From NCBI GenBank assembly GCA_964016885.1, contig OZ024743.1:337776001-337840000 (forward strand): DNA of 64,000 nucleotides, written 5' to 3'. Positions within the stretch are counted from its first letter, which is position 1, and every line of letters starts with the position of its first letter. Positions 25,870 through 39,400 of the stretch are shown here, in pieces. Source of the DNA: Eledone cirrhosa. Taxonomy: Eukaryota. The notes under the pieces were generated by a model that was not told the DNA's origin, ran no database searches, and saw only the letters and a list, made by a program, of their open reading frames with translations. A program made the position numbers and the translations under genes.

Positions 25870-28800
25870 AATATACTCTGCCTGGTTATTCTGTCCATGA
25901 AGTAGTTGAGGAGGTAGATGAAACAGTAATATACTCTGGCTGGTTATTCTGTCCATGAAGTAGTTGAGGATGTAGATGAAACAGTAATATACTCTGGCTG
26001 GTTATTCTGTCTATTAAGTAGTTGAGGAGGTAGATGTAACAGTAATATACTCTGGCTGGTTATTCTGTCTATTAAGTAGTTGAGGAGGTAGATGAAACAG
26101 CAATATACTCTGGCTGGTTATTCTGTCTATTAAGTAGTTGAGGAGGTAGATGTAACAGTAATATACTGTGGCTGGTTATTCTGTCCATGAAGTAGTTGAG
26201 GAGGTAGATGTAACAGTAATATACTCTGGCTGGTTTTTCTGTCTATTAAGTAGTTGAGGAGGTAGATGTAACAGTAATATACTCTTGCTGGTTATTCTGT
26301 CCATGAAGTAGTTGAGGAGGTAGATGTAACAGTAATATACTCTGGCTGGTTATTCTGTCTATTAAGTAGTTGAGGAGGTAGATGTAACAGTAATATACTC
26401 TGGCTGGTTATTCTGTCCATGAAGTAGTTGAGGAGGTAGATGTAACAGTAATATACTCTGGCTGGTTATTCTGTCCATGAAGTAGTTGAGGAGGTAGATG
26501 TAACAGTAATATACTCTGGCTGGTTATTCTGTCTATGATCTAGATGAGGATGTAGATGAATCAGTAATATACTCTGGCTGGTTATTCTGTCTATTAAGTA
26601 GTTGAGGAGGTAGATGAAACAGTAATATACTCTGGCTGGTTATTCTGTCCATGAAGTAGTTGAGGAGGTAGATGTAACAGTAATATACTCTGGCTGGTTA
26701 TTCTGTCTATTAATTAGTTGAGGAGGTAGATGAAACAGTAATATACTCTGCCTAGTTATTCTGTCTCTTATGTAGTTGAGGAGGTAGATGAAACAGTAAT
26801 ATACTCTGGCTGGTTATTCTGTCTATTAAGTAGTTGAGGAGGTAGATGAAACAGTAATATACTCTGGCTGGTTATTCTGTCTATTAAGTAGTTGAGGAGG
26901 TAGATGAAACAGTAATATACTCTGGCAGGTTATTCTGTCTATGATCTAGATGAGGAGTTAGATGAAACAGTAATCTACTCTGGCTGGTTATTCTGTCTAT
27001 TAAGTAGTTGAGGAGGTAGATGAAACAGTAATATACTCTGGCTGGTTATTCTGTCTATGATCTAGATGAGGAGGTAGATGAAACAGTAATATACTCTGGC
27101 TGGTTATTCTGTCTATTAAGTAGTTGAGGAGGTAGATGAAACAGTAATATACTCTGGCTGGTTATTCTGTCTATGATCTAGATGAGGAGGTAGATGAAAC
27201 AGTAATATACTCTGGCTGGTTATTCTGTCTATTAAGTAGTTGAGGAGGTAGATGAAACAGTAATATACTCTGGCTGGTTATTCTGTCTATTAAGTAGTTG
27301 AGGAGGTAGATGAAACAGTAATATACTCTGGCTGGTTATTCTGTCTATGATCTAGATGAGGATGTAGATGAAATAGTAATATACTCTGGCTGGTTATTCT
27401 GTCTATTAAGTAGTTGAGGAGGTAGATGAAACAGTAATATACTCTGGCTGGTTATTCTGTCTATTAAGTAGATGAGGAGGTAGATGAAACAGTAATATAC
27501 TCTGGCTGGTTATTCTGTCTATGATCTAGATGAGGATGTAGATGAAACATTAATATACTCTGGCTGGTTATTCTGTCTATTAAGTACTTGAGGAGGTAGA
27601 TGAAACAGTAATATACTCTGGCTGGTTATTCTGTCTATTAAATAGTTTAGGAGGTAGATGAAACAGTAATATACTCTGGCTGGTTATTCTGTCTATTATG
27701 TAGTTGAGGAGGTAGATGAAACAGTAATATACTCTGGCTGGTTATTCTGTCTATTAAGTAGTTAAGGAGGTAGATGAAACAGTAATATACTCTGGCTGGT
27801 TATTCTGTCTATTAAGTAGCTGAGGAGGTAGATGTAACAGTAATATACTCTGGCTGGTTATTCTGTCTATTAAGTAGTTGAGGAGGTAGATGAAACAGTA
27901 ATATACTCTGGCTGGTTATTCTGTCCATGAAGTAGTTGAGGAGGTAGATGAAACAGTAATATACTCTGGCTGGTTATTCTGTCTATTAAGTAGTTGAGGA
28001 GGTAGATGAAACAGTAATATACTCTGGCTGGTTATTATGTCCATGAAGTAGTTGAGGAGCTAGATGTAACAGTAATATACTTTGGCTGGTTATTCTGTCT
28101 ATTAAGTAGTTGAGGAGGTAGATGTAACAGGAATATACTCTGGCTGGTTATTCTGTCTATTAAGTAGTTGAGGAGGTAGATGAAACAGTAATATACTCTG
28201 GCTGGTTATTATGTGCATGAAGTAGTTGAGGAGGTAGATGAAACAGTAATATACTCTGGCTGGTTATTCTGTCTATTAAGTAGTTGAGGATGTAGATGTA
28301 ACAGTAATATACTCTGGCTGGTTATTCTGTCTATTAAGTAGCTGAGGAGGTAGATGTAACAGTAATATACTCTGGCTGGTTATTCTGTCTATTAAGTAGT
28401 TGAGGAGGTAGATGTAACAGTAATATACTCTGGCTGGTTATTCTGTCTATTAAGTAGTTGAGGAGGTAGATGAAACAGTAATATACTCTGCCTGGTTATT
28501 CTGTCTATTAAGTAGTTGAGGAGGTAGATTTAACAGTAATATACTCTGGCTGGTTATTCTGTCTATTAAGTAGTTGAGGAGGTAGATGTAACAGTAATAT
28601 ACTCTGGCTGGTTATTCTGTCTATTAAGTAGTTGAGGAGGTAGATGTAACAGTAATATACTCTGGCTGGTTATTCTGTCTATTAAGTAGTTGAGGATGTA
28701 GATGAAACAGTAATATACTCTGCCTGGTTATTCTGTCTATTAAGTAGTTGAGGAGGTAGATGTACCAGTAATATACTCTGGCTGGTTATTCTGTCTATTA

Positions 28801-31800
28801 AGTAGTTGAGCAGGTAGATGAAACAGTAATATACTCTGCCTGGTTATTCTGTCTCTTAAGCAGTTGAGGAGGTAGATGAAACAGTAATATACTCTGGCTG
28901 GTTATTCTGTCCATGAAGTAGTTGAGGAGGTAGATGAAACAGTAATATACTCTGGCTGGTTATTCTGTCTATTAAGTAGTTGAGGAGGTAGATGAAACAG
29001 TAATATACTCTGCCTTGTTATTCTGTCTATTAAGTAGTTGAGGAGGTAGATGAAACAGTAATATACTCTGGCTGGTTATTCTGTCTATTAAGTAGTTGAG
29101 GAGGTAGATGAAACAGTAATATACTCTGGCTGGTTATTCTGTCTATTAAGTAGTTGAGGAGGTAGATGAAACAGTAATATACTCTGGCTGGTTATTCTGT
29201 CTATGATCTAGATGAGGAGGTAGATGAAACAGTAATATAATCTGGCTGGTTATTCTGTCTATTAAGTAGTTGAGAAGGTAGATGAAACAGTAATATACTC
29301 TGGCTGGTTATTCTGTCTATTAAGTAGTTGAGGAGGTAGATGAAACAGTAATATACTCTGGCTGGTTATTCTGTCTATGATCTAGATGAGGATGTAGATG
29401 AAACAGTAATATACTCTGGCTGGTTATTCTGTCTATTAAGTAGTTGAGGAGGTAGATGAAACAGTAATATACTCTGGCTGGTTATTCTGTCTATTAAGTA
29501 GTTGAGGAGGTAGATGAAACAGTAATATACTCTGGCTGGTTATTCAGTCTATGATCTAGATGAGGATGTAGATGAAACATTATTATACTCTGGCTGGTTA
29601 TTCTGTCTATTAAGTAGTTGAGGAGGTAGATGAAACAGTAATATACTCTGCCTGGTTATTCTGTCCATGAAGTAGTTGAGGAGGTAGATGAAACAGTAAT
29701 ATACTCTGGCTGGTTATTCTGTCCATGAAGTAGTTGAGGATGTAGATGAAACAGTAATATACTCTGGCTGGTTATTCTGTCTATTAAGTAGTTGAGGAGG
29801 TAGATGTAACAGTAATATACTCTGGCTGGTTATTCTGTCTATTAAGTAGTTGAGGAGGTAGATGAAACAGCAATATACTCTGGCTGGTTATTCTGTCTAT
29901 TAAGTAGTTGAGGAGGTAGATGTAACAGTAATATACTGTGGCTGGTTATTCTGTCCATGAAGTAGTTGAGGAGGTAGATGTAACAGTAATATACTCTGGC
30001 TGGTTTTTCTGTCTATTAAGTAGTTGAGGAGGTAGATGTAAAAGTAATATACTCTTGCTGGTTATTCTGTCCATGAAGTAGTTGAGGAGGTAGATGTAAC
30101 AGTAATATACTCTGGCTGGTTATTCTGTCTATTAAGTAGTTGAGGAGGTAGATGTAACAGTAATATACTCTGGCTGGTTATTCTGTCCATGAAGTAGTTG
30201 AGGAGGTAGATGTAACAGTAATATACTCTGGCTGGTTATTCTGTCCATGAAGTAGTTGAGGAGGTAGATGTAACAGTAATATACTCTGGCTGGTTATTCT
30301 GTCTATGATCTAGATGAGGATGTAGATGAATCAGTAATATACTCTGGCTGGTTATTCTGTCTATTAAGTAGTTGAGGAGGTAGATGAAACAGTAATATAC
30401 TCTGGCTGGTTATTCTGTCCATGAAGTAGTTGAGGAGGTAGATGTAACAGTAATATACTCTGGCTGGTTATTCTGTCTATTAATTAGTTGAGGAGGTAGA
30501 TGAAACAGTAATATACTCTGCCTAGTTATTCTGTCTCTTATGTAGTTGAGGAGGTAGATGAAACAGTAATATACTCTGGCTGGTTATTCTGTCTATTAAG
30601 TAGTTGAGGAGGTAGATGAAACAGTAATATACTCTGGCTGGTTATTCTGTCTATTAAGTAGTTGAGGAGGTAGATGAAACAGTAATATACTCTGGCAGGT
30701 TATTCTGTCTATGATCTAGATGAGGAGTTAGATGAAACAGTAATCTACTCTGGCTGGTTATTCTGTCTATTAAGTAGTTGAGGAGGTAGATGAAACAGTA
30801 ATATACTCTGGCTGGTATTCTGTCTATGATCTAGATGAGGAGGTAGATGAAACAGTAATATACTCTGGCTGGTTATTCTGTCTATTAAGTAGTTGAGGAG
30901 GTAGATGAAACAGTAATATACTCTGGCTGGTTATTCTGTCTATGATCTAGATGAGGAGGTAGATGAAACAGTAATATACTCTGGCTGGTTATTCTGTCTA
31001 TTAAGTAGTTGAGGAGGTAGATGAAACAGTAATATACTCTGGCTGGTTATTCTGTCTATTAAGTAGTTGAGGAGGTAGATGAAACAGTAATATACTCTGG
31101 CTGGTTATTCTGTCTATGATCTAGATGAGGATGTAGATGAAATAGTAATATACTCTGGCTGGTTATTCTGTCTATTAAGTAGTTGAGGAGGTAGATGAAT
31201 CAGTAATATACTCTGGCTGGTTATTCTGTCTATTAAGTAGATGAGGAGGTAGATGAAACAGTAATATACTCTGGCTGGTTATTCTGTCTATGATCTAGAT
31301 GAGGATGTAGATGAAACATTAATATACTCTGGCTGGTTATTCTGTCTATTAAGTACTTGAGGAGGTAGATGAAACAGTAATATACTCTGGCTGGTTATTC
31401 TGTCTATTAAATAGTTTAGGAGGTAGATGAAACAGTAATATACTCTGGCTGGTTATTCTGTCTATTATGTAGTTGAGGAGGTAGATGAAACAGTAATATA
31501 CTCTGGCTGGTTATTCTGTCTATTAAGTAGTTAAGGAGGTAGATGAAACAGTAATATACTCTGGCTGGTTATTCTGTCTATTAAGTAGCTGAGGAGGTAG
31601 ATGTAACAGTAATATACTCTGGCTGGTTATTCTGTCTATTAAGTAGTTGAGGAGGTAGATGAAACAGTAATATACTCTGGCTGGTTATTCTGTCCATGAA
31701 GTAGTTGAGGAGGTAGATGAAACAGTAATATACTCTGGCTGGTTATTCTGTCTATTAAGTAGTTGAGGAGGTAGATGAAACAGTAATATACTCTGGCTGG

Positions 31801-33415
31801 TTATTATGTCCATGAAGTAGTTGAGGAGCTAGATGTAACAGTAATATACTCTGGCTGGTTATTCTGTCTATTAAGTAGTTGAGGAGGTAGATGTAACAGG
31901 AATATACTCTGGCTGGTTATTCTGTCTATTAAGTAGTTGAGGAGGTAGATGAAACAGTAATATACTCTGGCTGGTTATTATGTGCATGAAGTAGTTGAGG
32001 AGGTAGATGAAACAGTAATATACTCTGGCTGGTTATTCTGTCTATTAAGTAGTTGAGGATGTAGATGTAACAGTAATATACTATGGCTGGTTATTCTGTC
32101 TATTAAGTAGCTGAGGAGGTAGATGTAACAGTAATATACTCTGGCTGGTTATTCTGTCTATTAAGTAGTTGAGGAGGTAGATGTAACAGTAATATACTCT
32201 GGCTGGTTATTCTGTCTATTAAGTAGTTGAGGAGGTAGATGAAACAGTAATATACTCTGCCTGGTTATTCTGTCTATTAAGTAGTTGAGGAGGTAGATGT
32301 AACAGTAATATACTCTGGCTGGTTATTCTGTCTATTAAGTAGTTGAGGAGGTAGATGTAACAGTAATATACTCTGGCTGGTTATTCTGTCTATTAAGTAG
32401 TTGAGGAGGTAGATGTAACAGTAATATACTCTGGCTGGTTATTCTGTCTATTAAGTAGTTGAGGATGTAGATGAAACAGTAATATACTCTGCCTGGTTAT
32501 TCTGTCTATTAAGTAGTTGAGGAGGTAGATGTACCAGTAATATACTCTGGCTGGTTATTCTGTCTATTAAGTAGTTGAGCAGGTAGATGAAACAGTAATA
32601 TACTCTGCCTGGTTATTCTGTCTCTTAAGCAGTTGAGGAGGTAGATGAAACAGTAATATACTCTGGCTGGTTATTCTGTCCATGAAGTAGTTGAGGAGGT
32701 AGATGAAACAGTAATATACTCTGGCTGGTTATTCTGTCTATTAAGTAGTTGAGGAGGTAGATGAAACAGTAATATACTCTGCCTTGTTATTCTGTCTATT
32801 AAGTAGTTGAGGAGGTAGATGAAACAGTAATATACTCTGGCTGGTTATTCTGTCTATTAAGTAGTTGAGGAGGTAGATGAAACAGTAATATACTCTGGCT
32901 GGTTATTCTGTCTATTAAGTAGTTGAGGAGGTAGATGAAACAGTAATATACTCTGGCTGGTTATTCTGTCTATGATCTAGATGAGGAGGTAGATGAAACA
33001 GTAATATAATCTGGCTGGTTATTCTGTCTATTAAGTAGTTGAGAAGGTAGATGAAACAGTAATATACTCTGGCTGGTTATTCTGTCTATTAAGTAGTTGA
33101 GGAGGTAGATGAAACAGTAATATACTCTGGCTGGTTATTCTGTCTATGATCTAGATGAGGATGTAGATGAAACAGTAATATACTCTGGCTGGTTATTCTG
33201 TCTATTAAGTAGTTGAGGAGGTAGATGAAACAGTAATATACTCTGGCTGGTTATTCTGTCTATTAAGTAGTTGAGGAGGTAGATGAAACAGTAATATACT
33301 CTGGCTGGTTATTCAGTCTATGATCTAGATGAGGATGTAGATGAAACATTATTATACTCTGGCTGGTTATTCTGTCTATTAAGTAGTTGAGGAGGTAGAT
33401 GAAACAGTAATATAC
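25870..33415. repeat. Tandem duplication of a 65-monomer (3770-bp) block
   Basis: CAATATACTC 26101/29871, TAATTAGTTG 26711/30481, CCTAGTTATT 26751/30521 and TAATCTACTC 26971/30741 (offset 3770). After the 30816 deletion: TAAGTACTTG 27581/31350, ATGTGCATGA 28211/31980 and TGTACCAG 28761/32530 (offset 3769). Confidence 0.92.
30799..30855. other. Single 57-bp monomer (1-bp deletion, GGTTATT to GGTATT at 30816)
   Basis: 30811-30820 reads GCTGGTATTC instead of GCTGGTTATTC. The array phase shifts by -1 here and there is no other net shift in the window. Confidence 0.95.
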
Positions 33416-36400
33416 TCTGGCTGGTTATTCTGTCTATTAAGTAGTTGAGGAGGTAGATGTAATAGTAATATACTCTGGCTGGTTATTCTGTCTATTAAAT
33501 AGTTGAGGAGGTAGATGAAACAGTAATATACTCTGGCTGGTTATTCTGTCTATTATGTAGTTGAGGAGGTAGATGAAACAGTAATATACTCTGGCTGGTT
33601 ATTCTGTCTATTAAGTAGTTGAGGAGGTAGATGAAACAGTAATATACTCTGGCTGGTTATTCTGTCTATTAAGTAGTTGAGGAGGTAGATGAAACAGTAA
33701 TATACTCTGGCTGGTTATTCTGTCTATTAAGTAGCTGAGGAGGTAGATGTAACAGTAATATACTCTGGCTGGTTATTCTGTCTATTAAGTAGTTGAGGAG
33801 GTAGATGAAACAGTAATATACTCTGGCTGGTTATTCTGTCCATGAAGTAGTTGAGGAGGTAGATGAAACAGTAATATACTCTGGCTGGTTATTCTGTCTA
33901 TTAAGTAGTTGAGGAGGTAGATGAAACAGTAATATACTCTGGCTGGTTATTATGTCCATGAAGTAGTTGAGGAGCTAGATGTAACAGTAATATACTCTGG
34001 CTGGTTATTCTGTCTATTAAGTAGTTGAGGAGGTAGATGTAACAGGAATATACTCTGGCTGGTTATTCTGTCTATTAAGTAGTTGAGGAGGTAGATGAAA
34101 CAGTAATATACTCTGGCTGGTTATTATGTCCATGAAGTAGTTGAGGAGGTAGATGAAACAGTAATATACTCTGGCTGGTTATTCTGTCTATTAAGTAGTT
34201 GAGGATGTAGATGTAACAGTAATATACTCTGGCTGGTTATTCTGTCCATGAAGTAGTTGAGGAGGTAGATGAAACAGTAATATACTCTGGCTGGTTATTC
34301 TGTCTATTAAGTAGTTGAGGAGGTAGATGTAACAGTAATATACTCTGGCTGGTTATTCTGTCTATTAAGTAGTTGAGGAGGTAGATGTAACAGTAATATA
34401 CTCTGGCTGGTTATTCTGTCTATTAAGTAGTTGAGGAGGTAGATGAAATAGTAATATACTCTGCCTGGTTATTCTGTCTATTAAGTAGTTGAGGAGGTAG
34501 ATGTAACAGTAATATACTCTGGCTGGTTATTCTGTCTATTAAGTAGTTGAGGAGGTAGATGTAACAGTAATATACTCTGGCTGGTTATTCTGTCTATTAA
34601 GTAGTTGAGGAGGTAGATGTAACAGTAATATACTCTGGCTGGTTATTCTGTCTATTAAGTAGTTGAGGATGTAGATGAAACAGTAATATACTCTGCCTGG
34701 TTATTCTGTCTATTAAGTAGTTGAGGAGGTAGATGTACCAGTAATATACTCTGGCTGGTTATTCTGTCTATTAAGTAGTTGAGGAGGTAGATGAAACAGT
34801 AATATACTCTGCCTGGTTATTCTGTCTCTTAAGTAGTTGAGGAGGTAGATGAAACAGTAATATACTCTGGCTGGTTATTCTGTCCATGAAGTAGTTCAGG
34901 AGGTAGATGAAACAGTAATATACTCTGGCTGGTTATTCTGTCTATTAAGTAGTTGAGGAGGTAGATGAAACAGTAATATACTCTGCCTTGTTATTCTGTC
35001 TATTAAGTAGTTGAGGAGGTAGATGAAACAGTAATATACTCTGGCTGGTTATTCTGTCTATTAAGTAGTTGAGGAGGTAGATGAAACAGTAATATACTCT
35101 GGCTGGTTATTCTGTCTATTAAGTAGTTGAGGAGGTAGATGTAATAGTAATATACTCTGGCTGGTTATTCTGTCTATTAAATAGTTGAGGAGGTAGATGA
35201 AACAGTAATATACTCTGGCTGGTTATTCTGTCTATTATGTAGTTGAGGAGGTAGATGAAACAGTAATATACTCTGGCTGGTTATTCTTTCTATTAAGTAG
35301 CTGAGGAGGTAGATGAAACAGTAATATACTCTGGCTGGTTATTCTGTCTATTAAGTAGTTGAGGAGGTAGATGAAACAGTAATATACTCTGCCTTGTTAT
35401 TCTGTCTATTAAGTAGTTGAGGAGGTAGATGAAACAGTAATATACTCTGCCTGGTTATTCTGTCTATTAAGTAGTTGAGAAGGTAGATGAAACAGTAATA
35501 AACTCTGGCTGGTTATTATGTCTATTAAGTAGTTGAGGAGGTAGATGAAACAGTAATATACTCTGGCTGGTTATTCTGTCTATGATCTAGATGAGGAGTT
35601 AGATGAAACAGTAATATACTCTGGCTGGTTATTCTGTCTATTAAGTAGTTGAGGAGGTAGATGAAACAGTAATATACTCTGGCTGGTTATTCTGTCTATG
35701 ATCTAGATGAGGAGGTAGATGAAACAGTAATATACTCTGGCTGGTTATTCTGTCTATTAAGTAGTTGAGGAGGTAGATGAAATAGTAATATACTCTGGCT
35801 GGTTATTCTGATTATGATCTAGATGAGGAGGTAGATGAAACAGTAATATACTCTGGCTGGTTATTATGTCTATTAAGTAGTTGAGGAGGTAGATGAAACA
35901 GTAATATACTCTGGCTGGTTATTCTGTCTATTAAGTAGTTGAGGAAATAGATGAAACAGTAATATACTCTGGCTGGTTATTCTGTCTATGATCTAGATGA
36001 GGATGTAGATGAAACAGTAATATACTCTGGCTGGTTATTCTGTCTATTAAGTAGTTGAGGAGGTAGATGAAACAGTAATATACTCTGGCTGGTTATTCTG
36101 TCTATTAAGTAGTTGAGGAGGTAGATGAAACAGTAATATACTCTGGCTGGTTATTCTGTCTATTATGTAGTTGAGGAGGTAGATGAAACAGTAATATACT
36201 CTGGCTGGTTATTCTGTCTATTAAGTAGTTGAGGAGGTAGATGAAACAGTAATATACTCTGGCTGGTTATTCTGTCTATTAAGTAGTTGAGGAGGTAGAT
36301 GAAACAGTAATATACTCTGGCTGGTTATTCTGTCTATTAAGTAGCTGAGGAGGTAGATGTAACAGTAATATACTCTGGCTGGTTATTCTGTCTATTAAGT

Positions 36401-39400
36401 AGTTGAGGAGGTAGATGAAACAGTAATATACTCTGGCTGGTTATTCTGTCCATGAAGTAGTTGAGGAGGTAGATGAAACAGTAATATACTCTGGCTGGTT
36501 ATTCTGTCTATTAAGTAGTTGAGGAGGTAGATGAAACAGTAATATACTCTGGCTGGTTATTATGTCCATGAAGTAGTTGAGGAGCTAGATGTAACAGTAA
36601 TATACTCTGGCTGGTTATTCTGTGTATTAAGTAGTTGAGGAGGTAGATGTAACAGTAATATACTCTGGCTGGTTATTATGTCCATGAAGTAGTTGAGGAG
36701 GTAGATGAAACAGTAATATACTCTGGCTGGTTATTCTGTCTATTAAGTAGTTGAGGATGTAGATGTAACAGTAATATACTCTGGCTGGTTATTCTGTCTA
36801 TTAAGTAGTTGAGGAGGTAGATGAAACAGTAATATACTCTGGCTGGTTATTCTGTCTATTAAGTAGTTGAGGAGGTAGATGTAACAGTAATATACTCTGG
36901 CTGGTTATTCTGTCTATTAAGTAGTTGAGGATGTAGATGAAACAGTAATATACTCTGCCTGGTTATTCTGTCTATTAAGTAGTTGAGGAGGTAGATGTAA
37001 CAGTAATATACTCTGGCTGGTTATTCTGTCTATTAAGTAGTTGAGGAGGTAGATGTAACAGTAATATACTCTGGCTGGTTATTCTGTCTATTAAGTAGTT
37101 GAGGAGGTAGATGAAACAGTAATATACTCTGCCTGGTTATTCTGTCTCTTAAGTAGTTGAGGAGGTAGATGAAACAGTAATATACTCTGGCTGGTTATTC
37201 TGTCCATGAAGTAGTTGAGGAGGTAGATGAAACAGTAATATACTCAGGCTGGTTATTCTGTCTATTAAGTAGTTGAGGAGGTAGATGAAACAGTAATATA
37301 CTCTGCCTTGTTATTCTGTCTATTAAGTAGTTGAGGAGGTAGATGAAACAGTAATATACTCTGGCTGGTTATTCTGTCTATTAAGTAGTTGAGGAGGTAG
37401 ATGAAACAGTAATATACTCTGGCTGGTTATTCTGTCTATTAAGTAGTTGAGGAGGTAGATGTAATAGTAATATACTCTGGCTGGTTATTCTGTCTATTAA
37501 ATAGTTGAGGAGGTAGATGAAACAGTAATATACTCTGGCTGGTTATTCTGTCTATTATGTAGTTGAGGAGGTAGATGAAACAGTAATATACTCTGGCTGG
37601 TTATTCTGTCTATTAAGTAGTTGAGGAGGTAGATGAAACAGTAATATACTCTGGCAGGTTATTCTGTCTATTAAGTAGTTGAGGAGGTAGATGTAATAGT
37701 AATATAGTCTGGCTGGTTATTCTGTCTATTAAATAGTTGAGGAGGTAGATGAAACAGTAATATACTCTGGCTGGTTATTCTGTCTATTATGTAGTTGAGG
37801 AGGTAGATGAAACAGTAATATACTCTGGCTGGTTATTCTGTCTATTAAGTAGTTGAGGAGGTAGATGAAACAGTAATATACTCTGGCTGGTTATTCTGTC
37901 TATTATGTAGTTGAGGAGGTAGATGAAACAGTAATATACTCTGGCTGGTTATTCTGTCTATTAAGTAGTTGAGGAGGTAGATGAAACAGTAATATACTCT
38001 GGCTGGTTATTCTGTCTATTAAGTAGTTGAGGAGGTAGATGAAACAGTAATATACTCTGGCTGGTTATTCTGTCTATTAAGTAGTTGAGGAGGTAGATGA
38101 AACAGTAATATACTCTGGCTGGTTATTCTGTCTATGATCTAGATGAGGATGTAGATGAAACAGTAATATAATCTGGCTGGTTATTCTGTCTATTAAGTAG
38201 TTGAGGAGATAGATGAAACAGTAATATACTCTGGCTGGTTATTCTGTCTATTAAGTAGTTGAGGAGGTAGATGTAATAGTAATATACTCTGGCTGGTTAT
38301 TCTGTCTATTAAATAGTTGAGGAGGTAGATGAAACAGTAATATACTCTGGCTGGTTATTCTGTCTATTATGTAGTTGAGGAGGTAGATGAAACAGTAATA
38401 TACTCTGGCTGGTTATTCTGTCTATTAAGTAGTTGAGGAGGTAGATGAAACAGTAATATACTCTGGCTGGTTATTCTGTCTATTAAGTAGTTGAGGAGGT
38501 AGATGAAACAGTAATATACTCTGGCTGGTTATTCTGTCTATTAAGTAGCTGAGGAGGTAGATGTAACAGTAATATACTCTGGCTGGTTATTCTGTCTATT
38601 AAGTAGTTGAGGAGGTAGATGAAACAGTAATATACTCTGGCTGGTTATTCTGTCCATGAAGTAGTTGAGGAGGTAGATGAAACAGTAATATACTCTGGCT
38701 GGTTATTCTGTCTATTAAGTAGTTGAGGAGGTAGATGAAACAGTAATATACTCTGGCTGGCTATTATGTCCATGAAGTAGTTGAGGAGCTAGATGTAACA
38801 GTAATATACTCTGGCTGGTTATTCTGTGTATTAAGTAGTTGAGGAGGTAGATGTAACAGTAATATACTCTGGCTGGTTATTCTGTCTATTAAGTAGTTGA
38901 GGAGGTAGATGAAACAGTAATATACTCTGGCTGGTTATTATGTCCATGAAGTAGTTGAGGAGGTAGATGAAACAGTAATATACTCTGGCTGGTTATTCTG
39001 TCTATTAAGTAGTTGAGGATGTAGATGTAACAGTAATATACTCTGGCTGGTTATTCTGTCCATGAAGTAGTTGAGGAGGTAGATGAAACAGTAATATACT
39101 CTGGGTGGTTATTCTGTCTATTAAGTAGTTGAGGAGGTAGATGTAACAGTAATATACTCTGGCTGGTTATTCTGTCTATTAAGTAGTTGAGGAGGTAGAT
39201 GTAACAGTAATATACTCTGTCTGGTTATTCTGTCTATTAAGTAGTTGAGGAGGTAGATGTAACAGTAATATACTCTGGCTGGTTATTCTGTCTATTAAGT
39301 ATTTGAGGAGGTAGATGTAACAGTAATATACTCTGGCTGGTTATTCTGTCTATTAAGTAGTTGAGGAGGTAGATGTAACAGTAATATACTCTGGCTGGTT

